Shown here: piece by piece, positions 51,493-64,000 of the stretch
Numbering within the stretch: position 1 is the first letter of the stretch
Layout of the letters: each line of letters starts with the position of its first letter
NCBI GenBank assembly: GCA_951406725.2
Contig: OX597826.1
Span: 17,050,001 to 17,114,000 of the forward strand
From: Octopus vulgaris
Lineage: Eukaryota
Direction of reading: 5' to 3'
DNA length: 64,000 bases
Position numbers and translations under genes: made by a program
The notes under the pieces: model-generated
The model's database searches: none
Seen by the model: the letters and a program-made list of their open reading frames with translations, nothing else
What the model was told of the DNA's origin: nothing

Positions 51493-51794
51493 TTATTATG
51501 ATTGTCGTTGTTCTTGCTATTAATTGTATCATTGGTTTGTTGACGTTCTTATTTTCACTTTGTTTTATCTATATCAATGGTATCTGTTACCACCGTTCTC
51601 ACTATTAATACCACACTGTCTAGCATTTGGCTTTTCCTCTGTCCTTTCTCTTCCGTAACATATTTATGTATGTGTGATTACGAGAGTCTACCGGAGTATG
51701 TTTGGAATGTTTGGTTTTGATAGCCTTCAGTTCTTCACCATGTTACGCACTCCTCTCGTAAACTTTTATTCTGTCATGTCCTTTACAATCTATT

Positions 51795-51965
51795 CTGCTG
51801 TGAGGACAAGGTCTGAAATTTTGTTAGCAGGCGTTAGGCGAGAGTATTCGTACTGATATTACCGAATCGAAAGTAAGAAAGTCTAAGTCGACCTCGGCCA
51901 AAGTTGAACTCAGAACGTAAATACGCTAAGCGTATTGTCCATCGTGCTAATGATTCTGTCAGCTC
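51795..51965 (-). mobile_element. SINE family B, diverged
   Basis: ggacaaggtctgaaatt...aagtcgacctcggcc...gaactcagaacgtaaa...gtgctaatgattctgtcagctc. Confidence 0.7.
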
Positions 51966-54042
51966 TTTTCTGATATAACTTGGTGGTACTTATTTGCATA
52001 CTGGTGTATATAAAAATCCGCAACTGTTTTTACGTTGTATTTGTGCTGATAATGCAGACTGATTTGGGTGCATTGTGTTACATAATAGTGGCTACCTGCT
52101 TAATTAACAACAGCGATTGGTCTTGTAAAGCATGTGAATATTATATAAGGCATAAAAGAGCGCTTACGTTTTCTGTGTTCCTCATAGATGTGTGCGTGCG
52201 TATGCATGTGTGTTTGTGTTTGAATCAGTGTGTATGTATATACATGCATACCATACATATATAGGCAGATACATATGCATGCATATATATGTATATGGTT
52301 GTATGATGTGTACGATTTTCAAATTATGTGAATACCTTTATTTTAAATGACATAGAGAATTAATTCATCATAAGGAGAGCCCTTTAGGAGCCAGATGAAT
52401 TTTAAAAACCAATAATATATATGAAATATTTGAAAATCAGCCTTGGCGATCTCACGTTTGTTAAAGCTATATCCACGGAAATATTTAGACGACGGACTAA
52501 TTGATGACTTAAATTATATACTACTCGCCTTGCTTTCATTAAGTTATACATTTACAAGTGAAGGGCTGTATTTTGATATTTAAACGTCTTTGCAACAAAG
52601 TGAATTCACAGCCAACAAAACAGAATATTAATGGACAGACAAAGACTTTACCACTTTATTGCAGAAGTAAATATCGCTAATAAATATGAAACCCATCTAG
52701 TTGAAATTAAATACATAATAGAGAGATTGTCAGTTGTAGAGGTGCACATGAATTCACGAAATAACTAAAAACAATTATCATTTGAAAACTATGATTAAAA
52801 AGTTCCTCATTTTCCACTGCTAATTGTTACTCTTTTCCATTCTGTTTCGTGCGGTTATTTGTGCTTGAAAACATTCTAAAGTTTTAACAAACTTCTATTA
52901 TGCGATCAATCCAATTTTAATCTTCGACAGCGTTCTTGTAATTGCGTAATTTCATGGAATATTATATCATTAAATATTATTTTAGTATTAATAAATATTA
53001 TTCTTATACATATTATTATTTCTGTAGCACAATTTGCACAATATGCCTTCTAGTGTAATTATAATTATATATATGGTAGTTCGTAAAATTCTTTCAATCA
53101 ATTTACTGAAGAGTATATGTCAGAAGTATTAATTAAAAATGTATTTGATTAGTTATTGAATACATTGGATAAAGTTATCTTAAGTTGGCTGGCTGAGAGA
53201 ACTACTTTTGGATTACATAGATGAAAACGATTTTTTTTTTTTTTTGCTTGGCAGGAGACTTTTTGTCTTTTTCAAATCATTAGCCATCTTTCAGTTTTTT
53301 TTCTGTATTACTATTCTTTTCGTGGTAATTAATATACATCTGAGCATATATTTTATTAAATAGTTGAAAATATGATCCATTTTGCTTTATTAATTACAAG
53401 ATAGTCTGTCTCGGGCATCTGAAAAATGACAGAAAAGTGGCTTATCGCAAGTAGCTAACAATATAACAATTCCTTAGAAATTTGTCAACTTCTCTGTCGA
53501 CTATTTCATATTGTAATGGCCCATCGATTCTTGTTCATTAAATAATTTAAACAATATTATAATGTATTCCGAGGATTGGTAATCTAAACAGCCCAGAAAG
53601 AGTCAGTGTAACATTAATAATTCAATACATCTTCCTTCGGAGGTCAGCAAGTTCTAATAAGTTTTAAGCTCCCTATGTTTGTAATAATTTCACTTACACG
53701 GTTTGTCATATTACATTGTCTGAATCTTTGGAGACAATTAAACATTTAATTCGTTGCTAGGCACCTCTTCATCCGAAAGGCCATTTAACTGAATATTGTT
53801 AATGCTTATGTATACGTAATAAATATCTGTTATTTCAATGGTAATATTATTATAGTATACTAAAGAGTTATAGAGATTGTAACGTTAATTTCCCAATAAA
53901 TTTGTATTCCAATGTTCCAAGTTATAATACACAGCCAATAAAACAATATTTAACATATCTATATGCGCCCATACATACATTCACTTAAACTTGTATATGC
54001 ATATATATTATATCTATTATATCTAAATTGATATATATATTA

Positions 54043-54477
54043 GCGCAGGAGTGGCTGTGTGGTAAGCACCTTGTTTACCAACCACATGGTTCCGGATTCA
54101 GTCCCACTGCGTAGCACCTTGGGCAAGTGTCTTCTACTATAGCCTCAGGCTGACCAAAGCCTTGTGAGTGGATTAGGTAGACGGAAACTGGAAGAAGCCC
54201 GTTGCATATATGTATATGTGTGTGTGTTTGTGTGTCTGTGTTTGTGTCCCCACCCCCAACCGATGCTGGTATGACAGCAGATGCTGGTATGACAACCGAT
54301 GCTGGTGTACTTACGTCCCCGTAACTTAGCGGCTCGGCAAAAGACCGATGGAATAAGTACTAGGCTTACAATGAATAAGTCCTGGGGTCGATTTGCTCGA
54401 CTAAAGGCGTTGCTCCAGCATGGCCGCAGTCAAATGACTGAAACAATTAAAAGAGTAAAAGAGTAAAGAGTAGAGTA
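54043..54477 (+). mobile_element. SINE family A, full length
   Basis: A box tggctgtgtgg, B box ggattcagtcc, CORE-like caccttgggcaagtgtctt, internal (TG)n, internal triplicated gatgctggt, (AAAGAGT)n tail. Confidence 0.93.
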
Positions 54478-54798
54478 ATTATATATATCATATCTAAATT
54501 CTGCCTTTGACATTCGGACATTCGTGGCATTTCATAAACAACACACAAGTATTTTTTTTTTCTCCTTTAACGTGCACAACCTAAAATGAAAATATCAGAA
54601 ATACATGAAACACCAAATGAAAGAGAATTATTTTGTATGTAACCAAAATAGTCTACGTTTTCAATATATAATCTTTATAATCTTTGTTGCATTTGTGCAT
54701 CATATTAGATGTATACCTACCTTTAGAAGGTTTATTGCTCCAGAATTGTCTGATGCAATATTGCTTCGTATACATTGGTGTATTAAACAACACAATTC

Positions 54799-54836
<38 letters not shown>

Positions 54837-56312
54837 CAGCGAAATGAATATCAGAAGAATAACATATTTTTCGCCTTCGTCGAGGCTTGTTAATGTGTAT
54901 TGAATTGTTATCTGCTGAAGTGAAGGTAACGATTCGATATATTGGATACAGCAAATAAGCTTTCACTGGTATAGTGAAAGCTTGCTGGGCTATAGAAAAT
55001 CTCTGAGACAACATTAAATGTAAATGGTTGTATGTGTATGAAGCTAAAATATGCACACTGTTAGAAGGCATACTGCCATGGAATTGTCTGAGCTAAAATA
55101 TCTTCATAGATTTTTCGTGTTAAAAGCATGTTATATATATTGATGAGAAACGATCGTCAGCACTGCATAATCTCACGAAAAGGACAGATGTATTTTTGCA
55201 CAGTGTCTATGAAGAGGTTTTGCCTCTGAAACTTCCACAACATTTTATGCCTTCAAATAATGTGCATATATTTGGTGTAAGACACAAATGTCGATTTTAA
55301 TTTAGTACTGCTTCAATTGTTTTCAGCAAGTTTTTCTACATCTCGGCAAATTTCTGCAGCACCTCTGAATGTTTTATTCACCGTTTCCTCTATACATCGA
55401 AGCACGTATTTCTTTTAGCAAGAGACAATCGAGCACACGGCAATTGACATGCATCAACCAAAACGAAATGCGCCGGGCAATATGTATTATATTTCTGGAA
55501 CCCAGGAACACTGTCAAGAGATTTCTATCTCAGACAATTCCACATTATGCCTTCCAACAACTTGTAGTTTGATTCAAAAGTAGTGATTTTAATTTAATGC
55601 TATTTCAAGCATTTACCGAGACAATTTTTGTATCTTTCTGAAAATCGTGGCTATTCTGATATCATTTATGCATCACTGCCAGTATCTGCAGATTGATCAA
55701 GGAGGTTTGTATGTTATCATTACTATCACACATAACTGAATATTCCACAAGAAGCAAACCAAAGTTGAAATTTAGATTCTAAATAATATCAGTATTTTCA
55801 CTTTATGTTTAAAACACATACTTTTGCAAAGGTATTATCTTCTTAAGATTATGTATCTATCATAATGTGTTTGAGAGTTTTGTTTCTCAACAAAATTTCA
55901 CAAGACAAAGAGTTTTATAGATATTTTCGTTTATTTATTCAAAGATAAGTACATTTCAAAGACATTCCTGTTATAAATGAGTGTCATCTGTTAATCTAAC
56001 CCATTGTTTTAGAATCACTGTTACTGTCCTATGTAAAACACATGCCAATTAACATACATTTACATGTATATACACATTCATATATTATACATATATTATA
56101 CATATACATATACACACACACACATGCATATATATATATGCGTATATTACAAAGTTTTAAGGTTTAGAAATCATAAGACATTCCCGTTATAAGTATTTTT
56201 CATGTCTTGTTAAAACTTACATTTCAGAATCTTTGATGCAGTCCTCTTCAAGTGAGATGTCAATGTACATATATACCTATACTTTCAGCATTATATATAT
56301 GTATATATATAC

Positions 56313-56353
<41 letters not shown>

Positions 56354-56478
56354 TAAATATATATATATTCATATGTATATACATATATACACATATATAT
56401 ATATATATATGCATAAATATATATATATACATATGTATATACATATATACACACATATATATTGATATACATATATAC

Positions 56479-56549
<71 letters not shown>

Positions 56550-56736
56550 GGGGCGTGTATGTGTGTGTGTAAAGCATGTTTTACAAAGTCGTCAGGTTTA
56601 GAAATAACTCATTGTGTATGCGTTTCGACATATTTTGGTTGTTCTTATAAAGCACTGAAAAAACATTTTATAAGCATGATTAGTATTATGATAAAGGAAC
56701 TATCAATGAAAAACTGATGCTAATAACGATAATAAT

Positions 56737-56932
56737 TGCTTCTAATTTAAGCACAAGGCCAGCAATTTTGAGTGTGAAGGGAAGAGTTATTATCATTAAC
56801 CGTACATAGTCAGTGGAACTCTTTATTATCGACCCCGAGCGGAGAAAGGATTTCATCAGAGGACATAAAGAGGCAGAAGAAATTTCGCGAGAATTTTATC
56901 CAACCCTCTGAAGATCCTTCCAATCCACGCCC
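56737..56932 (-). mobile_element. SINE family B, diverged
   Basis: aagcacaaggccagcaatttt...ttattatcgaccccgagcgg. Confidence 0.6.
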
Positions 56933-56958
56933 TAAGAGTAGAAGTTGTATTCGTAATA

Positions 56959-57120
<162 letters not shown>

Positions 57121-57738
57121 TGATAACGAAAATAGTAACAATAAATGCACCAACAAGAATAACAACGGCAATTATTACTTCCTTTGATGACTGATTTAAA
57201 AGCTACCAGTAATTGTTAGCAATTATATCAATGATAATTTAATAATAATTGAAGTTGTTTCAATAATAACGTAAAATCATAATTTGTCACATAATTATGA
57301 TATCCATAATAATAATAATAATAATAATAATAATAGTAGTAGTAGTAGCATAGTAGTAGTAATAGTACTACTAATAATAATAATAATAATAACAATAATG
57401 ATGATGATGATGACGACGATGATGATGATAATAAGAAAAACATAAATTGCACGTACCTAATGTGTACAGAGCGGTATTCCGTTACGTAAAAAAGCAAGCA
57501 AAAAATTTAAACAAATAAAAAAATTGATATCTGCAGTTCTTGATGCTGTTAGTCATGTAACGATATCAACGGCTATAGAAATGGTAAAAGGGGTTAGTGA
57601 AAATACTTGAATTGTTCATACTGATGTAATCAACTAAGGTAACCCTTACAAGCAGAAAAATAATGGATTAAAATATAACGTTGTGTGGGAACTAATCTCA
57701 TTTCCAAAACGACTTCTCATCAGAAACACTCATATACA

Positions 57739-57866
<128 letters not shown>

Positions 57867-57873
57867 TCAAATC

Positions 57874-58005
57874 AGTTTGATTCAAATTCGTTAGTACGCT
57901 TGAGCTTCAAGCGTGATGCTAGGCGTCAGCCATTTTGAATTTTAAATGCCTCACGACTAGGATCAGGTTTGAAGTTCAAGCATACGAATGAATTTAAATC
58001 AAACT
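57874..58005. mobile_element. Foldback MITE-like hairpin between two (TA)n tracts
   Basis: 49-bp arms at 57874-57922 and 57957-58005, about 41/49 complementary. Confidence 0.75.
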
Positions 58006-58031
58006 ATGTAACTCCTAATAGATTGGTTTAG

Positions 58032-58094
<63 letters not shown>

Positions 58095-58210
58095 ACCTGA
58101 TGTTTGTGCCAGAACTCCAGCAGTGTTAAAAAATGCTGTTTGGCATGTGCTCAGCACATGAAACTAATAGTAGCACATACTACACATATAATGTGTTTAT
58201 TAAATAATAT

Positions 58211-58248
<38 letters not shown>

Positions 58249-58588
58249 CATTTATACAGGCATATTGTTTAATTGAATTGTCGCGGTAGTAACAGCTGTT
58301 TAGATAGTTCCGTTACGTATTAATAATGAGTTATTAATTGGATAACATGTTCATATTATACCTAAACGAACCACAAACTATAATAACTCTGAATATTTAT
58401 CGTGAAAGTTTGAGTAACAGCTGGAACCATCCTGAGAGGTGTTTTTAATAATATAGCAGACTATATATTGAATTCCCTATATTTGCTCCATTCTTATTTA
58501 GTATACTCTCATATAATCGCGTATGTGCGCATGAATACATATTATGTGTGCATATATACATATACATATGTATCTATCTATCTATCTA

Positions 58589-58647
<59 letters not shown>

Positions 58648-58809
58648 TTACGTACACACAGAGACATATATACACACATATGCACACGCATACACACATT
58701 TAAGCATCTATATATATATATATATACATACAGAGAGAGAGAGAGAGAGAGAGAGAAATAGAAATAACTTGTATTAAATCTCTGAGAGATATACAGTAAC
58801 AGTCATATT

Positions 58810-58841
<32 letters not shown>

Positions 58842-58873
58842 ATAGATAGATGGGTAGATAGATAGATAGATAT

Positions 58874-58964
<91 letters not shown>

Positions 58965-58965
58965 T

Positions 58966-59049
<84 letters not shown>
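58810..59049. repeat. (GATA)n microsatellite
   Basis: Direct reading. Confidence 0.95.
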
Positions 59050-59050
<1 letters not shown>

Positions 59051-59455
59051 AAGAAATACTTGATTCAGACGTTCAGAGGAAAGCAATTGGGAATTACATA
59101 TACACGGGAAAAACTCCCATAATCCTGAACGTTTGAGCTAATATGCACAAATCAAGAGCCACTAGAGCGACCCCCTCCATCCTTAGAGTCCCAAGTCACA
59201 GAAAATACATTCCCATCTGTATTTCAGTGTTTCACTGCCTTTTTGTATTTCTACAAGATTTCAGGTAAAACAACTCTTCTTTGTATGTGTACATTTACAT
59301 GCTGTACATGCTAGTATATGCACTTCTATGTGTGTGTGTACGCTAGTACATATACAAATGTACATATATGTATGCGTATGTAAATGCATATATCGTTAGA
59401 TGCATGCATAAACATATATGTGTATAAATATATATATATGTATATATATGTATGC

Positions 59456-59495
<40 letters not shown>

Positions 59496-59544
59496 GCATA
59501 TGTAAACATATGTATATATATGCATATATGTATATATACATGAA

Positions 59545-59582
<38 letters not shown>

Positions 59583-59595
59583 CTTATGGTTACGT

Positions 59596-59638
<43 letters not shown>

Positions 59639-59647
59639 TATGGTTAC

Positions 59648-59687
<40 letters not shown>

Positions 59688-60158
59688 GTGTGACAGAGAG
59701 AGGGGGAGAGAAACAGCGAGCTTATTCTGTGTATTCTCATAACGTTTATTCTCATCCAAAATGGAGTCGCGTACCAGCGTTCCCATATGGCATGTTTGAT
59801 AATTGATAAGAGTTCCCTCTTTACATGAATTGATTGGTAGCCTTCTTAACCCACAAATAAAGTATGCATATGTGTGTGTGCGTGTGTCTGCGTGTGTATA
59901 TGTGCATGTGCGTGAGAGAGAGAGAGAGAGAGAGAGAGAAAATAAAGGTATGTATAATTATAATTTTTCGTTAGGTTTTCTAGAAGGGTATCTCGGCTAC
60001 TCAAGATTGCCACACCTAAAGAATTTTTTTTGTTTTGGGATTAGTTATCCAACTACCCTTTATTAATTATACATATCCTTATTATTACTGCTTGAATATT
60101 ATAATTAATCTATTTTGTATTGACTTATAATAAACACGTGCTTGTGTTTGTATATAAA

Positions 60159-60264
<106 letters not shown>

Positions 60265-60354
60265 TACATATGTGTGTATGCATGTATATATATATATATA
60301 TATATACACACATGTATATATGCATATATGTATGTATATATATATATATATGCA

Positions 60355-60409
<55 letters not shown>

Positions 60410-60431
60410 GTAGATATATGCATTCATTTAT

Positions 60432-60817
60432 TTTATTGTTTACTTGTTTCAGTCATTTGACTGCGGCCATGCTGGAGCACCGCCTTTAGTCGAACAAATT
60501 GACCCTACGATTTATTCTTTGTAAGCCTAGTACTTATTCTGTCGGTTCTATTGCCGAACTGCTAAGTTACAAGGACATAGACACACCAACATCGGTTGTC
60601 AAGCGGGAGGGGAACAAACTCACACACACACACACACACACACATATACGGCGGTCTTCTTTCGGCTTCCGTCTACGAAATCCACTGACAAGGCTTTGTG
60701 GGTCAGAGAAGACAAAGCCCAGGGAAGACACTGCAGAAGACACTGGCCCAAGGTAACATGCAACCCGGAACCATGTGGCTGGTAAGCAAGCTTCTTAACA
60801 CACAACCACTCCTTCGC
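60432..60817 (-). mobile_element. SINE family A
   Basis: Colinear with 931-1307, with a small internal rearrangement around agaagacac. Confidence 0.88.
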
Positions 60818-61048
60818 CGATAAATATGTCGCTAGAATAGAAATAAATATTAATATAGATACTACTTACGGTATATATATTCCCTTACATCTTCATATGC
60901 ATGTATGCCTGTATATATGTGTGTCTGTGTGTATGTCTCTCTGTCTGTGAGTCTGTGCTAGTGTATGTCTGTGTGATTGTGCGTATATGTGCACAGATGT
61001 ATATATGATCATTTTGTATCTACACATACATACGCTTATATACCTGTG

Positions 61049-61089
<41 letters not shown>

Positions 61090-63000
61090 CTGTGTATGTA
61101 AATATGAATGTTCGCAACATCGTTTATGTATGAATCTATGCATTCTCATATGTATACAAATGCATGACGCCACTGTGTGAGTTGCCTATTTTACACGAAA
61201 CCATTGCTAACCTTGTTAACGCGCAAATAAAACATGTATTTATATATACATTGCTATCATCAAAAATGAGGACTTGATCTGCTGATTAACACAGATTTTA
61301 TTCATTGTTATAACGCTTTATAATAGTTTCAATTAATAATATCTTTGCATCAATGACGTATATTTTCAAATTTCTATTTTTCTCAAACTTTCTTGTCGGT
61401 TGTATCTTTCTAACGATAGTACTTTTTCTACAAATCATCATTTCATTATTACTATATTTATTATCATTTTTGTTTTGATTTTCAATATAATGACCATAAA
61501 TATTATTCTTCACATTTATTACTAATCATTATTAATCATTCTGAAGCTTCGTGTCTCATGCGTGCTCAAATTTTAAAAACTAATCTTCATAATATACATT
61601 GTGATTGAATAATTTTTCCTAGAATACACATATTTTATGCTGCCTATTACTTTCTTTAATCTCCCTTTCTCTCTATCTCTCTCTCACACACACACTATCT
61701 CTGTATATATATATATGTGTGTGTGTGTGTAAGTATTTGTAGGTGGTTCTCTGTGTATATACTAACACATACATTTACAAACACATACACACACAGATAT
61801 CTAGAGATATGCATATAGATATACATAATAATATAGGCAAGTTAAAGTAACCTATTTGTCTATGATTGCCTTTAAGTCCATGAATAAGCACAAGGCGTTA
61901 AATTCTATTTCTACACAAGCAACCCACTTCATAGAATTCTAGTAATATTGTTATTGAGTATATTACTGGTGCTCCTTTTTTTTATATAATCGATATTATT
62001 AACAATCATTTGTGCAGTTCATAACTAAAAGCATGTAGCTCTCGCATCATCAGCTTGCTTCATATTTAATACGGTGAAAACCGAGAAGGAAAATTATGAA
62101 CGAGTTATGATGGAGACAGCGATTTAGTTAGCAAAATATGTAGACACGTAAATAGCTAAATAGCTACATAGATAATCAGACAGAAATACAGGCATATGCA
62201 TATTTATGCATACAATAGACAGAAAGATAAAAGAAAGACAGTTAGGTACGAATATAGATGCCTGCATTAAAATCCTTTCATTTTCCTCCATATTTTCCAA
62301 ACTTTACCTTTGCCTCTATTTTTTAGATTCACATTGATTTAAATGAAACGGAAATGTAATTCAAAAACTGAAAGCGAAACTGCAGATTGCAAATGAATGA
62401 AATCAATAGGTCGGAAAGAGAAATGAAATTAGTTGGGAAGGGATCCTAGCTAAAACTTCAAAAGGGTAACAAAAAGAAATCATGGACTATATCACAGATG
62501 ATAATGGCTCATGAGTAGTGCTGCTTCATTAGTAAATAGCCGATTCAGAGATATCTTCACTCAAATATATTTTTTACCATTCTAAACATTGTTTGCATCT
62601 TTCAATGTTTTCTCATTTTCCTTTTCATTGTTATTATTTATTATTTTGATATTGTTTTTGAATAAAAAATTTTCTTGATTATTTATGACATTATGAATAT
62701 ATTTGCTTAATGTTAGAGCTATTATAGGATATCTTGCAAGAATAAAACAAACGACTAAATTCCTGTACTTCTTTCGCAAACATGTTTCTTTCTTCTCGTA
62801 CTTCTCGTTCTTCTGACCAATGTAACTGATTTTATTTAATCCATTCTTTTGTTTATTTACCAGATTAGCGTAATAGTCACAGAACTGTTCCCCGAAAATG
62901 TTTATCTAATTTCTGTAATAGTTTTCGGTATAGTTCTGTCATTCCCCTTCAGTTTGAAACGGTCTGCTCGTCATTCAGTCGTCAGTTTTCACAATTTCTC

Positions 63001-63126
63001 TCATTCCCAGTTCATACGATTCATGACACTCTCTTCATCTTTAACTTCCACCAGAGATGAACGAGGAGGGTGAATTCCATGACGCTTCGGTGTCATACTC
63101 ATTTCATTGTCCTTGTAATGATTTCC
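63001..63126 (-). CDS. Candidate terminal coding exon of an unidentified host gene (GNHYKDNEMSMTPKRHGIHPPRSSLVEVKDEESVMNRMNWE*)
   Basis: T-rich acceptor ttgttttattggttatttgtag|GGA followed by 41 open, non-repetitive, GC-elevated codons and TGA; downstream is an AT-rich, SINE-free tract. Confidence 0.5.
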   Translation of the reverse strand, partial: GNHYKDNEMSMTPKRHGIHPPRSSLVEVKDEESVMNRMNWE

Positions 63127-64000
63127 CTACAAATAACCAATAAAACAATTTTAAAAAGCTAGAAATATTTTAAGAGACTGTTTAACCACTTCTGAACAGA
63201 AATACAAGCAATATATTAAATACGACAAGCCCCATTACAGGGCTACTACCATTTTGCAAATACCAGGAGGCACATCCAACAGCAATGAAAGCTTTTTGTT
63301 TGTGTCTCACTCAACTTCTAAATTTTATATTTCACCGTTTTCTATTCAACCAAGAAGTTGAAAAACATGTATTCTTTTCACTAACTACTTCAATTTACGA
63401 ATTTCTTATGTTTAATACTGTTTGTGATTTTTTGTTTTTTACCACATATGAAATGATAACTATAATATTTTAAACCGATTTGCTGCTATGTTTACTTGTC
63501 ATGTGTTTAAGCACCCCATATAACCCCGCATAGCGTTTTGGAATTTTCAGAAAATGTTTTCGAATTTCTGTTCTACACACGGGAATTCATACGACGATGC
63601 GGTTTTATTTTTTCATTTTTTAGACCTTCATCCGCCCTAAATCTTAAAACCTCCACTATTTTACGGTTTTTATTAAAATCAGAATTTAAAATACGGATAG
63701 TCCAATTTTTTGCTTAAATCCCAACAATGGACAACACTTAGGTACATCACCATTTCATTAGATGTGGTTGTGGGAAGAAAATCATTGAAAAATATCAATA
63801 CATGTCAGAGTGACAAAGAAACGAGAACGTTATCAGGTGGTAATGAGATGTGCTAAAAACAACGGCTAAATTGCCCTTAAATCACACATAAAAATTCTCT
63901 TTTGTTGCATGATCGTATGAATTTCCGTATTTAGTACACAAACCAGAATTTCACCATTAATGCTATTATACTTAGCTGTTTCTAATAACAATACACTTCC

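Noticed and set aside
54957-54983. Perfect 11-bp palindrome aagctttcact-ggtat-agtgaaagctt as a terminator or miRNA
   Set aside because: Too short for a pre-miRNA, no supporting context, and plausible by chance in 64 kb of AT-rich DNA.
57685-57730. Hammerhead at minus-strand CTGATGAG
   Set aside because: No convincing stem II or stem I around the downstream GAAA.

Overview
AT-rich, microsatellite-dense eukaryotic DNA. The repeat landscape most resembles an octopus (coleoid cephalopod) genome; this is inferred from the SINE families and repeat style, not from a database search. No intact protein-coding gene is visible: nearly all listed ORFs are microsatellite read-throughs or transposon remnants. 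The window is a mosaic of three tRNA-derived SINE families (about 25 copies), REL-endonuclease LINEs of R4/Dong type stacked in (AAT)n tracts, an RTE LINE with three C-terminal C2H2 fingers split by an 843-bp Helitron-like insert, Penelope-like element (PLE) remnants, three Tc1/mariner fossils (one with an apparent intron), and several MITEs/foldbacks. Several sequence-unrelated minimal hammerhead ribozyme motifs are present; those at 20580-20625(-) and 46770-46830(+) have intact cores. The only credible host-gene feature is a candidate terminal coding exon at 63001-63126(-) with a probable 3' UTR.
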